NCBI GenBank assembly: GCA_051294375.1
Contig: CM119263.1
Span: 6,797,645 to 6,861,644, forward strand
Direction of reading: 5' to 3'
Source: Paraspadella gotoi
Taxonomy: Eukaryota; Animalia; Chaetognatha
Length of the DNA stretch: 64,000 bases
Part shown: positions 1 to 13,027 of the stretch, in pieces
Layout: each line of letters begins with the position of its first letter
How positions within the stretch are numbered: the stretch's first letter is position 1
Made by a program: the position numbers and the translations under genes
Notes under the pieces: generated by a model
What the model saw: the letters and a program-made list of their open reading frames with translations, nothing else
Database searches by the model: none
What the model was told of the DNA's origin: nothing

Positions 1-462
1 TTAATCACTTAAATCAATAATAACGTCCGAAGGTACATTGGCTCAAAAACATAAATGTCTCTAAGTGACAGAAATGACGAAAAGGCGTATTTTTTTTTCA
101 AAGTGGAATTGATGATTTTGGACGCTGGTTAAGTAGTAGAGCGTTGAANNNNNNNNNNGGATTAGTAATAATGAACCATTCTTCATTCATTGATCATTCA
201 TTTGTTAATTCTTTGATAAATATTACAATTACTTACACTACGATTATTGAATGAAAAATAAAAAACTATATATTTGTGAAATACTATGAGAAAGACAAAA
301 ATATTTTCCAATATTATTAAAGTTTAAAGTATTTTTAACGTTTAGTAAAAATGCAAATAAGATTGACGACCTAAATTTGTTTGGCATTATACCCAGAAAC
401 TCACCGTTCCACTCTGCATATTATCGAACCGGGATGATCAATTACCTTCTTTTGGTTTTCAG

Positions 463-3400
463 GCCTGAGTAACGACCCCATCTATTGTCCCTTCTCCAAC
501 TGGGTCGTGCTCAAAAAGACGCTGGACGAGGCTTTGAACAACTACAACGAGCTCATCGCCAGCATGAACCTGGTCCTCTTCGAAGACGCGATGATCCACA
601 TTTGCAGGATCAGTCGCATCCTGGATTCGCCGCGCGGAAATGCTCTCCTCGTCGGAGTCGGCGGCAGTGGGAAGCAGTCGCTGGCCCGACTCGCCGCCAG
701 CATCTCTCAGCTTGAAGTGTTCCAGCTGCAGCTGAGGACGGGATACGGAATCGGCGACCTCAAGAACGATCTCGCGATGCTGTACTTGAAAGCGGGTGAG
801 TGAGTGAGTGAGTGAGTGAGTGAGTGAGTGANNNNNNNNNNGAGAGAGAGAGAGACAGAGAGAGAGAGAAAGGAATTCGTTTAACTTTGTCTCTCTTTTC
901 CGTTTGTGAATACGGATGGAGTTAAGAGCCAGCGGTTTGTTTCTAGATCCAAAATAATATTTTTATTGACATTTTTCCAATATTTATAAAAATTTTAAGT
1001 CGATTAGGGAGACAACTTTTACCATGGCTCATAGAAAAATTCTCAAAATGATACAATTATTGAATTTTCATATTGTTGATAACATTTTTTAAAGACGTGT
1101 ATATATAATTATGTAACTATAAATTCATATTGACATATAATAGCTAATAGCTAAGAATTACTAAACAGAATAACAAATCACGTTTCATGCGTAAATTAAA
1201 AAAACTAATTTTAGTCCGTGCCCCATTCATCATTTTCCTTTAGGCTTAAAGGGCCTCTCGGTTATGTTCCTCATGACGGACGCCCAAGTCCCCGAAGAGA
1301 AGTTCCTCGTCCTGATCAACGATCTCCTCGCGTCGGGCGAAGTCCCCGACCTCTTCGCCGACGACGAGATGGAGAACGTCATCAATGGCGTCGCCAACGA
1401 CGTCAAACAAGCCGGCCTCGTCGTGAGTGTCATGTGGTGATGGGGTGATGGAGTGGGTCGGCGTCCGCCCTTCATTCTCCAACCTTTTTTTCTCAGGATA
1501 CGAGGGACAACTGCTGGAAATTCTACATCGATCGCGTGCGGCGAAACTTCAAGGTTGTGCTCTGCTTTTCTCCCGTGGGCGCCACCTTGCGCAACCGCGC
1601 CCAACGTTTCCCCGCCGTCGTCAACTGTAGCATGATCGACTGGTTTCACGAGTGGCCCGTCGACGCCCTCACCTCCGTCGCCAAGCGGTTCTTGTCGGAA
1701 AATCCTTTGCTGACGGTAGATACATAAGTTTAATGTTTTTAAATTTTTAAATATTTTTTTTTCAGTTAACAAACGACGAACCTTTTTTTTTTTGTGTTAA
1801 TTACTTGTTGGTAAACTTTTTTGATAATCCCTTTTTCCTCCACAACAGAAAGATCAAGTTGAATCATTGTCCAGATTCATGTCCTTCGTCCATTCTACGT
1901 CTGCGGATAATTCGAAGGAGTATCTCGCCGTTGAGAGAAGGTGAGAATCATTCATGGAAGTAGATGGTATGGAAATAGATAATTATGAGCTATCATATTT
2001 TGCTAAAAATATTTTTTGTATTTTATAATTAATCAATCAGTATTATCTGATTTTTATTTTTGCCTCATTCATTTACAATTTCATTTCAATCAATACAAAT
2101 GTTAAAAAGGGAACGAAAATGAATAACTACAAATTATACTAAAGAGTTAGTCATGAATATTTATTGACTTTCCTTTAAGCGCTTTTTTCCTTGCCCAGAT
2201 ACAACTACACGACGCCCAAGTCTTTCCTGGAGCAAATCGCTCTGTATCAGAAGCTGCTCCTGCAGAAGACGTTGGAGAACAAAGCCTCGATCAAGCGATT
2301 GGCGGTCGGTTTGGAGAAGATCGAGGACGCCTCTCAGCAAGTGGACGGAATGCAGGAGGAGCTGGCTGTCAAAGAGGCGAGGATTTGAAGAGTTTTGATC
2401 ACGTGACTTGGTTGCTTTTAATTTTTTCGATGAATCATTTGATTGATGAAGGATGATTCGTCTATAAATAAAAAAAAAAATCACTTATTCGTATTCCCGA
2501 TAATAGTTAATTATCTATTATCTTATTAATTCAAATAATTAAGCCTGCTTCTTATCCCAGGTGGTGGTAAATGCGGCCAAGGACGAGGCCAACAAGATTC
2601 TGTCAACTGTGGAGGCTGCGTTGTTGATCGTCAACAGAGAGCAAGACGTCGCCAAGGAGACGGAGGGTATCGCTCAACAGAAAGCCGCCGAGGCCGAGAA
2701 GCTCAAGGCCAAGATTCAAGTGCAGCTGATCGAGGCCGAGCCTGCCGTCCGGAAGGCCCAGGAGGCCTTGTCGGTTCTGGACAAGGTGCCGGATTTAATT
2801 AAAGGCGTTTATGGCCTATTGTAAAAAAATGTTTAGATTTTGTTGGTTTATTTTAATAATTTGATTATTTTGCTTGATGCTTAGAATTACTGAATTAATT
2901 AATTTGATAAATAATTGTAAATTATTTGATTTTCCCGACTACAGAACAGCTTGACGGAGTTGAAGTCCTTCACTTCTCCTCCGCCCATTTGCGTGGATGT
3001 CGTCGCCGCAACCATGGTGCTCATCGTAACAAAGAAGGGGGTCAAGCCTCCTAAGGACCGGAGCTGGAAAGCCTGCAAGGCCTTCATGAACGTCTCCGTA
3101 AGTGGTTAAGGGAGCTTTTTGGGCAACGGGTGTTCGAAAACCATATCGTTTTATTCGCTTTGTAAATTTACTATAATACAATAAATAGATAAACAATATC
3201 AGAAAAAATAAACGGTTATCAAGCTTGAATTGAACTACTCCAAATATCCTAAAATAAAACTTCTGAGAAAAATAATTTAATCGCTTTGATAAATCTGCTG
3301 AACTGTTACAAAATGCAAATGAAAATGAGAAACTCAAAAGTGAGTCTACATACTTCTTCTCCTTGTATCGGAGTAACATTAGCCCGAGGTACAGTTTTTA

Positions 3401-6400
3401 CGCAAGCCCCCACCCCGTTTCTCCGCTCTTCCCAAAAGGCTGAAAAGTTCAAGGAGATGTGCGAGACCTTCGACAAAGAGAACCTCCAACCGGAGGCCAT
3501 CACCGCCGTCCAGCCCTTCGTCAACAACCCCGAGTTCGTCCCCGAGAAGGTGAAGCCCAAGTCGGCGGCCGCCAGCGGTCTCTGTTCTTGGGTCATCAAC
3601 ATCCTCGCCTTTTGGGAAGTCTTTAAGGTGAGTCGGCCACTTCTTTGACTTATTGGTCGATGAATGCAGCCGCTGGCGTTTTTTTGTTTTGTTTTCATTT
3701 TGTCATTGTTTTTTATTGTTGTTTTCTGTCGTCTCCATAGAGTTTGTACTTCCCTCGCAGGATGTGAAGCCTCTTAAGGATCAGATGGAAGAGGCCAAGA
3801 AAACATTGGCCGAAGCCGAGAAGCAACTGATGCTGGTGACGGCGAAAGTGGCCAGACTGGAACAGGACCTCGCCGTCCTCAACACGGAGCTTGCCAAGGC
3901 GACGGCGTCCAAAGCCGCCGCCGAGGCCGACGCCGCCGTCACTGCCAAGTAAGAGGGTGGCCGATTATGTGATTAAAGGATATCGAAACGTCATTGATTT
4001 ATTTTGCGTTCAGAACCATCAACTTGGCGAATCGATTGCTGAACGGTCTTTCCTCGGAAAAAATCCGTTGGGCTCAGAACATTCAGGATCTTAAGGACTC
4101 GGCCTACCTCATCGTGGGCGACGCGCTCCTCGTCACCGCCTTCGTCTCCTACACAGGCTACTTCAGCATGCCATACCGGCTCAAGCTCATGAACGACCTG
4201 TGGAAACCTTGCTTGCTCAAGCTTCCGGTGAGAGGAACGAATCAATTACCGACAAGATATTGGGGGCGGACCGACAGACTGACAAAGTGAATTATAAAGC
4301 TGGGTCTGTAAAAATTATAAAAAGATTCAACCAATAACCATGACAAAACGATAAAATTTCAAAATAACAAAATCACAAAAAGAGGGTGAAAAAATTACGG
4401 ATCGTATTTTTATTGCATTTAATTCTTACTGAATCATTACGATTAACAAATTATTGCTGTATCGATCAGCTCCCCTGCTCCTACCGTCAAGAGGTAAGCA
4501 ACCAGTAGTACATTTCACTAGAATTGAGTCCAATATCGGATGTGTTCACTGCCGTCGATGCATCACGAGTTTAACACAGCGCAGTGGTCGCGTCAAAGGT
4601 GTCGGTTTCTGAATTAGACACGAGTGATGTCGTTACCCTTTGTTTTTCCTAAAATTTAAATTAGTCTCATATTATTACGAAAAAAACAAAGTCTTAGTAG
4701 CTGCTGTCGAATTATGAGGCTATTAATTAGGATTGAGGAATTAAAATGTTTTTTTGAATTAAATTTTAATAGTATCACGCTACGTCTTAAAAATTATACA
4801 AAAGTTGTAGCTAGAGTATTTTTTTTTATTTAATTTTTTCCCCTTTTTTTCTTTCGTCTCCAGACGCCCATAGAGACGACGACCGGCTTGGACTTTCTCA
4901 TGTTGCTTATCGACGACGCGGTTTTGGCCACTTGGGCCAACGAGGGTCTGCCGTCTGATCGGATGTCGAAAGAGAACGCCACCATTATGATGAACTCGGA
5001 CCGGTGGCCTTTGATGATAGACCCCCAGTTGCAGGGTGAGTCGGAGAGACTGGGAGATTGGGAATGAAGATGATTGTTGATCCTTCGAAGTATCGATATT
5101 TATTTACTTCATTATTGACATTATTAAAAGTTAAAACTTAATCATTAAAAATATGATTTTTTTTGGTCTTTCTGTTCGTGCAACCTGTCTCGCATCTCGG
5201 TAAGTTCTAGTTAGTTACATCCGGTCGCGTTTAAAAACTTCCTGTTAGTTAATGCCAGCCTCGTTTTAAATCAGTGTTCGTTTTATCGCGACCTCGTTAA
5301 ATTCAAACCGTCTCCGCAGGCATCAAGTGGGTTCGTCAACATTACGGCAAATCCTTGCGCGTCGTGCGTCTCGACCAAAAGACGGCGCTGATGACGGTCG
5401 AACGAAGCGTCGCCGATGGCTCCACCGTCCTCATCGAAAACATCGGCGAGTCCATCAATCCCGTGCTGGACAACATCCTTGGGAGGAACACCATCAAGAA
5501 GGGGACGTGAGTTGTTGTAAAGAGAAACCCATTTTTATTTTTTTTCAATCTCCTCGGTTTAAAAAAAAAAACTATTATACGAACACCCTTCATTCTCTCT
5601 CTCTCTTCCTCTCCAGTAAATCAGTATTAAATGTAGTAAGATGTCCGACGCACTTTTGTTTCTCGTTGATTTTTCGAAACCAATTAAAATTTCATATATT
5701 TTAGAGAAATAAGTAGCTTTTAAAGTCCCTAAAGGCTGTCTAAAGCCGCGATTAATCAATATTGTCTATTGTCTATCTACCACAGCGCCGTCCGCATCGG
5801 AGAGAAAGAGATCGAGTGGAATATAAAGTTCCGACTCATTCTCCACACGAAACTTGCCAACCCTCACTACAAACCGGAGATGCAGGCGCAGACAACTATG
5901 ATCAACTTCAGCGTGACGCTCGACGGTTTGGAGGATCAGCTTCTCGCCTCCGTCGTCGCTCAGGTGACGAGGCTCGATCGAAGTTGATTGGCTGAAATCG
6001 CAGTGGTATTATAATAGTAATTATAATATCATTAATTGAAAGCGCAATTCGTTTTAGAATATATACTACTATCCTCCTGTTCTATCTGAAACCGTCCTTT
6101 TGTCTCACTAAAGTCTCCATTTTGTACTGCTTTATAAGCTCAGGTTAAACCTCAGTAGCCTTAGATATATTATGGTTACAGCCGGGTTGCCTGTGATGCC
6201 CATTGGAATGGAGCATCTCACTGTTGGCTTTAAGGGCTACCCACCTGTCACTGGCGCGGTTAACCAGGACGGTCTCGCTTTGCCAACACAGAGGGAAGTC
6301 GTTAGGACTGGGGATGGAACGTAAACGCTTGGGATGGTGCGTTCCCCCAAAGAAGCTGGATGTGAGGCGGTGTGAATAACTGAATATACCTATTATAACT

Positions 6401-7061
6401 TATACCTAATACAACTTTAATTTCGCCGGCAGGAGCGACCGGATTTGGAGCTGTTGAAGACAGAATTGACGCAGCAGCAGAACGAGTACAAAATCACGTT
6501 GAAGCAGCTCGAGGATACCCTGCTGCGGATGTTGTCCGAAGCAGGTGGAAGTCAATCGCTGTTCGACATTTTATCCGACTCATTTTTAAAGAGCCGTGAA
6601 CATTTTGTGTCATCGGAAATTAAGAAAAAAAGCCAATGCCATAGGCTATGGATGGAAATTTTATGGCAATCAAAGAAGAACGTTATTTTCGTTATTTTCG
6701 TCTTCTTTGTACTCGCATACATAAAAGTCAATCCCCAGTTAAATCATTCCTTCTTCTATCCAACCAACTATCCATGCATCCTATATCCATCCATCCTATA
6801 TGATTTAACAATCGCTCCATCCGTCCATCCATCCTTCAGACGAAAACATCCTCGGCGACGTGAAACTGGTGGAGACGCTGGAGAAGACGAAGTCGACTTC
6901 GATGGAGATCGAGCAGAAGGTCATCCTCGCCAAGAAGACGGAGATCGACATAAATAGATCGAGAGAGGATTATCGTCCTGTCGGGAGGAGGGCGGCCGTG
7001 GCTTACTTCGTCGTCAACTCTCTCTGCAAGATCAATCCCATTTATCAGGTTTTTGATAGGG

Positions 7062-7149
<88 letters not shown>

Positions 7150-10100
7150 ATGGGGGGGACCAATTTAGTTGTGTTAATCTTTCATCACTTTAATTAGTTC
7201 TCGTTGAAAGCCTTCACCCGAGTCTTCGTGGTTGCCATGGAGAAGGCGTTGCCGGCCGAGGACGAGATGTTGAAGACGAGACTCAAGAACCTCATCGACT
7301 CCGTCACCTTCGAAGTATTCGTCTACACCAACCGCGCGCTCTTCGAACGCGACAAGATGATCTTCCTGGCGCATCTCACCTTCTCGGTATCGTTGATTGG
7401 GGAGCGAGTAGTTTTTTTTTAATTTGTTTAAATAAATGTACTGAACCATTTGGATAATAATAATATTGTTAATTTTCGTTGTCATTGTGAGGATTTAAAT
7501 AATCAGGGATTTAAATTATCGCAAGTTGAGAGTTAAATTCGGGTTTCACCGCTACCAGATCCTCAAAGACTTGGGCGCGATCAAGTTCGAAGAGTTGGAC
7601 TTCCTCCTCAAGTACCCGGCCGTCTTGACCCCGTCGCCGGTGGAGTTCCTCAACGACATGTGCTGGGGCGGCGTGAAGGCCCTCTCCGACATGGACGAGT
7701 TCAAAGGGCTGGACAAGGACATTGAAGGGTCGGCCAAGCGTTGGAAAAAGTTCGTCGAGGCGGACAGCCCGGAGAAGGAGACTTATCCTCAGGAATGGAA
7801 GAACAAGTCGGGCCTGCAGAAGCTCTGCATGATGAGGGCGCTGCGGCCGGATAGGATGACCTACGCTACACAGTGAGGAAAAAACGAGATGAAGGATGAA
7901 GTCGGTGGTCGTCCTCCTCGTTGTTGTTGTTGTTGTGCGATACCTGGAAAGGTTGCTGCTGATTCGTCTTCAAAGCTCACGTTTGATCCCTTTCGGAAAG
8001 GGAAACGTCAAATGAGCAATTATGAAAGTGGTTGCCTGGGATATGAAATTCTTGAACTATTTTTTGAATCTATGAAACAAAACTGTGAAACATTAACCGC
8101 CCCTCTCCCGGCCTTACTTTTCCAGGCTTTTCATAGAAAACGAACTTGGCGAAAAGTACACAGAGGGGAAGCAAGTGGAGTTCGCCAAGTCCTACACGGA
8201 GTCGAGTCCCATGAACCCCGTCTTCTTCATTCTCTCCCCGGGAGTAGATCCGCTCAAGGACGTGGAGAAACTGGGACGAGTCCTTGGCTTCACCTTCGAC
8301 AACAACAACTTCCATTCTGTCTCCCTCGGTCAAGGGCAGGAGATCGTCGCGGGTGGGTTTAAAGATAATAATAAAATAATAATAATTATTTAGCATAAAA
8401 GTAACTCCGACAATGAGTGAAAGCTACCTCAGAACTAAAAAAAAGGTCATAAAGAATGGATTTATCTCCCTTTCCGCGCAGACACGGCCCTGGAGATCGC
8501 GGCGAGGGAAGGTCATTGGGTCGTCCTTCAAAATGTCCATCTCGTCGCCAAGTGGCTCCCGTCGCTCGAAAGAAACTTGGAGCTTTACGGAAAGTAAGTC
8601 ATTCCATTGTGAAAAAAAATTGTTCGCCCAATGTGGGGCTCGAACCCACGACCCCGGGATTAAGAGTCCCGTGCTCTACCGACTGAGCTAACCGGGCATG
8701 ACTCATAGTCGTGAGGATTTCTTTACTAATTGAATTATGAAAATTATTGACGACTCGAAAATAAAATTCGTCGTCGCTCTTTGAAGTGTCAGCTCGTCAG
8801 CTTTAGTCAATGCAATTTTAAATTTAAAAATTTTGTCGGAAATTGTAAAAATTACGGTTGCGGAGAGCTCATTTGTCTAAAGTTAGTATTTATGTATGGA
8901 AGACTGGGGAACTATCTGCTTATAATAGATGAAAGTAGTAGAAAGAAGACTAGAGACTGAATCGCAGAATGCGGAGAAAGTAAAGTAAACGTGTTGGACT
9001 GTTGGTCGCGTCAGAGTGACCGACTGGACCCAAGGCCTCTGTGCGACGTGGAAGGGCAAATCGAGGCTGGTAGAGCTTTAGCGAAGATAATGGCGTCGGC
9101 CTCGAATATGTAGAAATATTTAGTATGGATTCCTATCCAGATTGGATTCGGTTTGAAAGAGCAATTATGTAGGTAGAAGGTTAAAAAAAGAACAGTCGGC
9201 TCAGGTTATCAGTTTAACGTCAAAAACTGACCCGACCTGAAACAATTGTTATCTTTCCGAATTCAAGTTAATAAAAGGAACTCCCCGGCGGGGAATCGAA
9301 CCCCGGTCTCTCGCGTGACAGGCGAGGATACTCACCACTATACTACCGAGGACGGATGAAGTAGGAATATGATCTTTAAGTCAAAATCAATCATGCAATT
9401 GAAACATTCTATATTGAAACATTCTATATTATGCCACTTCAGTGAATAAATGAGACTGTGAGAGAGTCTTGATTGAAAGTTTGCTATGTCATTATCTTGC
9501 AAGAGTGATGGAGGCCTTAAACCACCAAAGTCAGGGGCAAGATAGCCTATTTATTAAATGAAGAATAATTTTTATATTGGTTGTACCAATTTCATAGTTA
9601 CTCTCGATAATCGAGAGTTCGTTGCAGAATAAATGCATTATCTGAATTTAAGGATTTAATTGGGCTATTACCAAACCAGTGTACATCTTTTTTTTAAGAT
9701 AACGCTAATATCGAGAGCTTTATTTATCCAACTTTTAATTTCGGCAATATTTCATTTTTTTTTGAACAAGTACAACTCGAAATCATTTTGTAAAAAAACT
9801 GTCCCTCGAGCCGGATTCGAACCAGCGACCTAAGGATTTCTGCCTTCATGCTAACTACAGTCCTCCGCTCTACCAACTGAGCTATCAAGGGAACCCGTCA
9901 ATACGTCTTTCGCGATCTCTTTTATTTAAAAACAAATGGCATGAGCAAGATAATTATCCATTTGAAATAAAAAAACTTTAAAAATTCTTTTTATCAGCTT
10001 AGTTCCCAAATATGAAGCGTCTCATATTAATTGTCCGAGATAAAATATGTTTTATAAACAGGAATGATCGATCATAATTTACTTCTTCTTGCTCCAGCAA

Positions 10101-13027
10101 CTCCCGTCCCGAGTTCCGCGTGTACATCTCCGGCGAGCCCGCGGCCGACCCCGCTTACCACATCCTCCCGCAAGGAATCCTCGAAGACTCTGTCAAGATC
10201 ACCAACGAGTCACCCACGGGAATTCGGGCCAATCTCCACGCCGCCTTGAACAACTTTACGCAGGTCCGAGGTGGTTAAGCAAATTAGGACGGGTTCAATG
10301 GAATAAATTAACCAGACAATTTGTAAACTCAGGAATCTCTGGAGCAATGCCAGAAGGAAACCGAGTTCAAGACAATCCTCTTCGCCATGTGCTACTTTCA
10401 CGCCGTCGTTTGCGAGAGAAGGAAATTCGGGCCGCAAGGATGGAACCGAGTCTATCCCTTTAACTACGGTGATCTCACCATTTCCGCAATGGTGCTCTTC
10501 AATTATTTGGAGGCCAACAACAAGGTGTGAATTGATGGGTGGAAATAAGAAGAGAAAAAAGAATAAAACAGATTCACGTGGAAGCGATCTTATCGACTCC
10601 CCTAGGTGCCGTGGGAGGACCTTCGTTACTTGTTCGGAGAGATCATGTACGGCGGACACATCACCGACGACTGGGACCGTCGGTTGTGCCGCTATTACTT
10701 GGAGGAGTACGTTGACACGGAGTTGTTGGAGGGAGAGTTGAACTTCTGCAACAACTTCCCGGCGCCGCCCAACTCGGATTATTTGTGAGTCAAACGGAAC
10801 TAGTAATATTAAAAATTAAACGATCGATGTATGAAATATCAGCTTTCTTTGTACTGTTCAATTAAGATAAATTTTATTGTGCAGAATTGTTATCCTTCTT
10901 TGACCGAGTTGGTTTTTTGCCTTCGCAGGGCGTATCATCAGTACATCAGGGATCGATTACCCCCCGAGAGTCCAAATCTTTACGGGCTCCACGCCAACGC
11001 CGAGATCAATTTCTTGACAGCCACATCGGAACGTCTTTTCAAGGTCCGGGGTTCCAGAGTGAATGCGTTTTCTTTACAAGGAGAAAAATCATTTTCCGCT
11101 TTTAAAAAAGAATTAATTGCACTGAATATTGTTCACAGGTGATCATGGAACTGGCAGCCGGAAGTGGGGGAGGTGGAGCAGGCGGGATGTCAAGAGAAGA
11201 AGTGGTAAGTAGCCGAGTTACCATCTGCTCGCGGATTAAAATTTTACTACGCAAGTCCACGAACCGAACAATGTTTAAAAAAATCCGGTTACCTTCCCCG
11301 TAACTCATTTTTCAGATCAAAGAGCTCCTCGACTCCATGATGGAGCAGCTCCCCGAAGAGTTCGACATGAATGAGTTGTCGCGGAAGGCCGAGGACCGGA
11401 CTCCATACACCATCGTCTGCCTTCAAGAATGCGACAGAATCTCGAATCTCATCCGCGAGATTCGTCGCTCTTTGAAGGAGCTTAACCTTGGACTCAAGGT
11501 AAGGATTACATAAATATTAAATAATGATATATTTATTCGCTGGGAACGTTTATTTAATTTGATCCTATGTATTAAACTATCTCTGTCGATTATTTTTATT
11601 ACTTAAATACTAGGGTGAGTTGTCTATCACGCAAGCCATGGACAGTCTGGGAACCGCGCTGGTTATGGGCAAGGTTCCGGAGAGTTGGGCCAAGAAGGCC
11701 TATCCCAGCGAACACGAGCTGGCTAACTGGTGAGGAATTATTCGTCAAAAAATTTGAAACACATTTTTTTTCATTAATTAATCATTATGTATTTATTATT
11801 ATTGCCTTCAGGTATTCGGATTTGTTGCAGCGACAGAAAGAATTGGACAATTGGACTCAAGATTTCTCGTTACCCGCAATCGTTTGGCTGGGCGGACTCT
11901 TTAACCCTCAGTCCATGTTGACCGCTATTATGCAGGTTTATCACTATAACTTCGTAGTATTTTATATATTCAAGTTCCCCCTCCCCAACGAAAAAAGTCT
12001 AACAACATATAGGACAGTTTTTAAAATTGAAGGGATCTTGATAAATGAACTCTTTGTGTAATAGATTTTCACTGCTAATACAACTTTGACGTAGTATGAG
12101 CAAATAAACAACTCTGGCTTCCGCAGTCCATGGCGCGCAAGAACGAGTGGCCTCTCGACAAAATGGGTCTGCAAATCGACGTGACGAAGAAAGGGAAAGA
12201 GGAATTCACGGCGCCACCAAGGGAGGGCGCCTACTTGCACGGCTTTTACATGGAAGGGGCGCGATGGGATATTGGTAAGCTATGGGAACAGCCGGGTTGC
12301 CTGTGATGCCCATTGGGATGGGGCATCTCACTGTTGGCTTTACGGGCTTCCGACCCACATTGACGCCTCCTGTCACTAAGACGGTCTCGCTTTGCCAACA
12401 AAGAGGGAAGTCGTTAGGACTGTGCATGGAACGCAACGCCTGGGATGGTGCGTTCCCTCCCTTAGCCAATGGGATTGGCTGAACGATGATGGACGTCAGG
12501 CGGCCATTCGACTCCCAACCCAAAGGTCTGGGGTTCTAGCCCGGTGGTCGCTTAGCAGTTAAGAGGGACGGGGCGCTTAACCCGACAGTAACATGGTGTT
12601 ACAGCCTGATCCGAAGCTCAGGGACTGCTTATATTAAACGGTTCTGTCACTAACACACAACAATCATTACTGTTTCTTCAAGAGCAACGATTTACAAAGA
12701 TTAGGGATTCATCGGTCCGAATATTAAAATCGCAAATCGGATCGAATCGACATTATCATTAAAATATCATTTTTGTATTCCTTTTCTTTCTTCGCAGGCG
12801 CTAACTCCATCGTCGACAGCCGCATGAAGGAGTTAACGCCCCCAATGCCGGTGCTGCTCGTTCGCGCCATCCCCATCGAGAAGATGGAGACCAAAGGCAT
12901 CTACGATTGCCCCGTCTATAAGACCAAAGTTCGCGGCCCGACCTTCGTGTGGACCTTTAACCTCAAGACCAAGGAGCGAGCGGCCAAGTGGGTCCTCGGA
13001 GGCGTCGCTCTGTTGCTGCAGATATGA
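463..13027 (+). CDS. Axonemal outer-arm dynein heavy chain, beta type (DNAH9/DNAH11/DNAH17-like), 3' part (AAA4, stalk/MTBD, AAA5, AAA6, C-terminus); 5' end upstream of window
   Basis: 29 exons joined in frame by hand: 463-795,1244-1422,1497-1715,1849-1940,2199-2376,2561-2785,2945-3097,3439-3627,3761-3948,4014-4227,4864-5035,5320-5506,5786-5963,6433-6544,6840-7048,7198-7386,7559-7872,8126-8352,8482-8593,10098-10263,10333-10524,10606-10784,10929-11043,11139-11204,11316-11498,11614-11729,11812-11935,12127-12274,12798-13027 (5189 nt, starts phase 1). Motifs: AAA4 P-loop [62 protein letters not shown]-terminus [31 protein letters not shown] typical of beta outer-arm chains. Confidence 0.95.
796..831 (+). 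repeat. (GTGA)n microsatellite at a splice donor, running into an assembly gap
   Basis: gtgagtgagtga... 796-831, then N x10 (832-841) and (GA)n. Confidence 0.9.
6178..6346 (+). repeat. Dispersed structured repeat family A, copy 1 (intronic)
   Basis: acagccgggttgcctgtgatgcccattgg...ggatggtgcgttccc; clearly homologous to 12288-12457. Confidence 0.85.
7065..7145 (+). repeat. (GA)n microsatellite
   Basis: Perfect GA run in a dynein intron. Confidence 0.95.
8625..8697 (-). tRNA. tRNA-Lys(CTT)
   Basis: Reverse complement GCCCGGTTAGCTCAGTCGGTAGAGCACGGGACT-CTT-AATCCCGGGGTCGTGGGTTCGAGCCCCACATTGGGCG; cloverleaf with A/B boxes; T8 Pol III terminator just downstream. Confidence 0.97.
9281..9352 (-). 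tRNA. tRNA-Asp(GTC)
   Basis: Reverse complement TCCTCGGTAGTATAGTGGTGAGTATCCTCGCCT-GTC-ACGCGAGAGACCGGGGTTCGATTCCCCGCCGGGGAG; T4 tract downstream. Confidence 0.97.
9434..9596 (+). repeat. Dispersed repeat family B, copy 1
   Basis: agtgaataaatgagactgtgagagagtcttgatt...ggttgtaccaatttcata; matches 47217-47428, 24875-24994 (reverse) and a fragment at 38213-38247. Confidence 0.85.
9802..9891 (-). tRNA. tRNA-Tyr(GTA) with 17-nt intron (9838-9854)
   Basis: Reverse complement CCCTTGATAGCTCAGTTGGTAGAGCGGAGGACT-GTA-G[ttagcatgaaggcagaa]ATCCTTAGGTCGCTGGTTCGAATCCGGCTCGAGGGA; intron at the canonical 37/38 position; T7 terminator. Confidence 0.97.
12288..12630 (+). repeat. Dispersed structured repeat family A, copy 2 (longer, with tRNA-like segment about 12500-12551)
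   Basis: 12288-12457 is homologous to 6178-6346; followed by hairpin agccaat-ggg-attggct and a tRNA-3'-half-like stretch. Right boundary approximate. Confidence 0.75.

Noticed and set aside
6411-6433. Dynein splice acceptor resembles the TIR of the 27731-28738 element (20/23)
   Set aside because: No partner TIR at the intron's other end; AT-rich match compatible with chance.
7231-7244. X-box-like GTTGCCATGGAGAA
   Set aside because: Lies in a coding exon (VAMEK) and the right half-site is imperfect.
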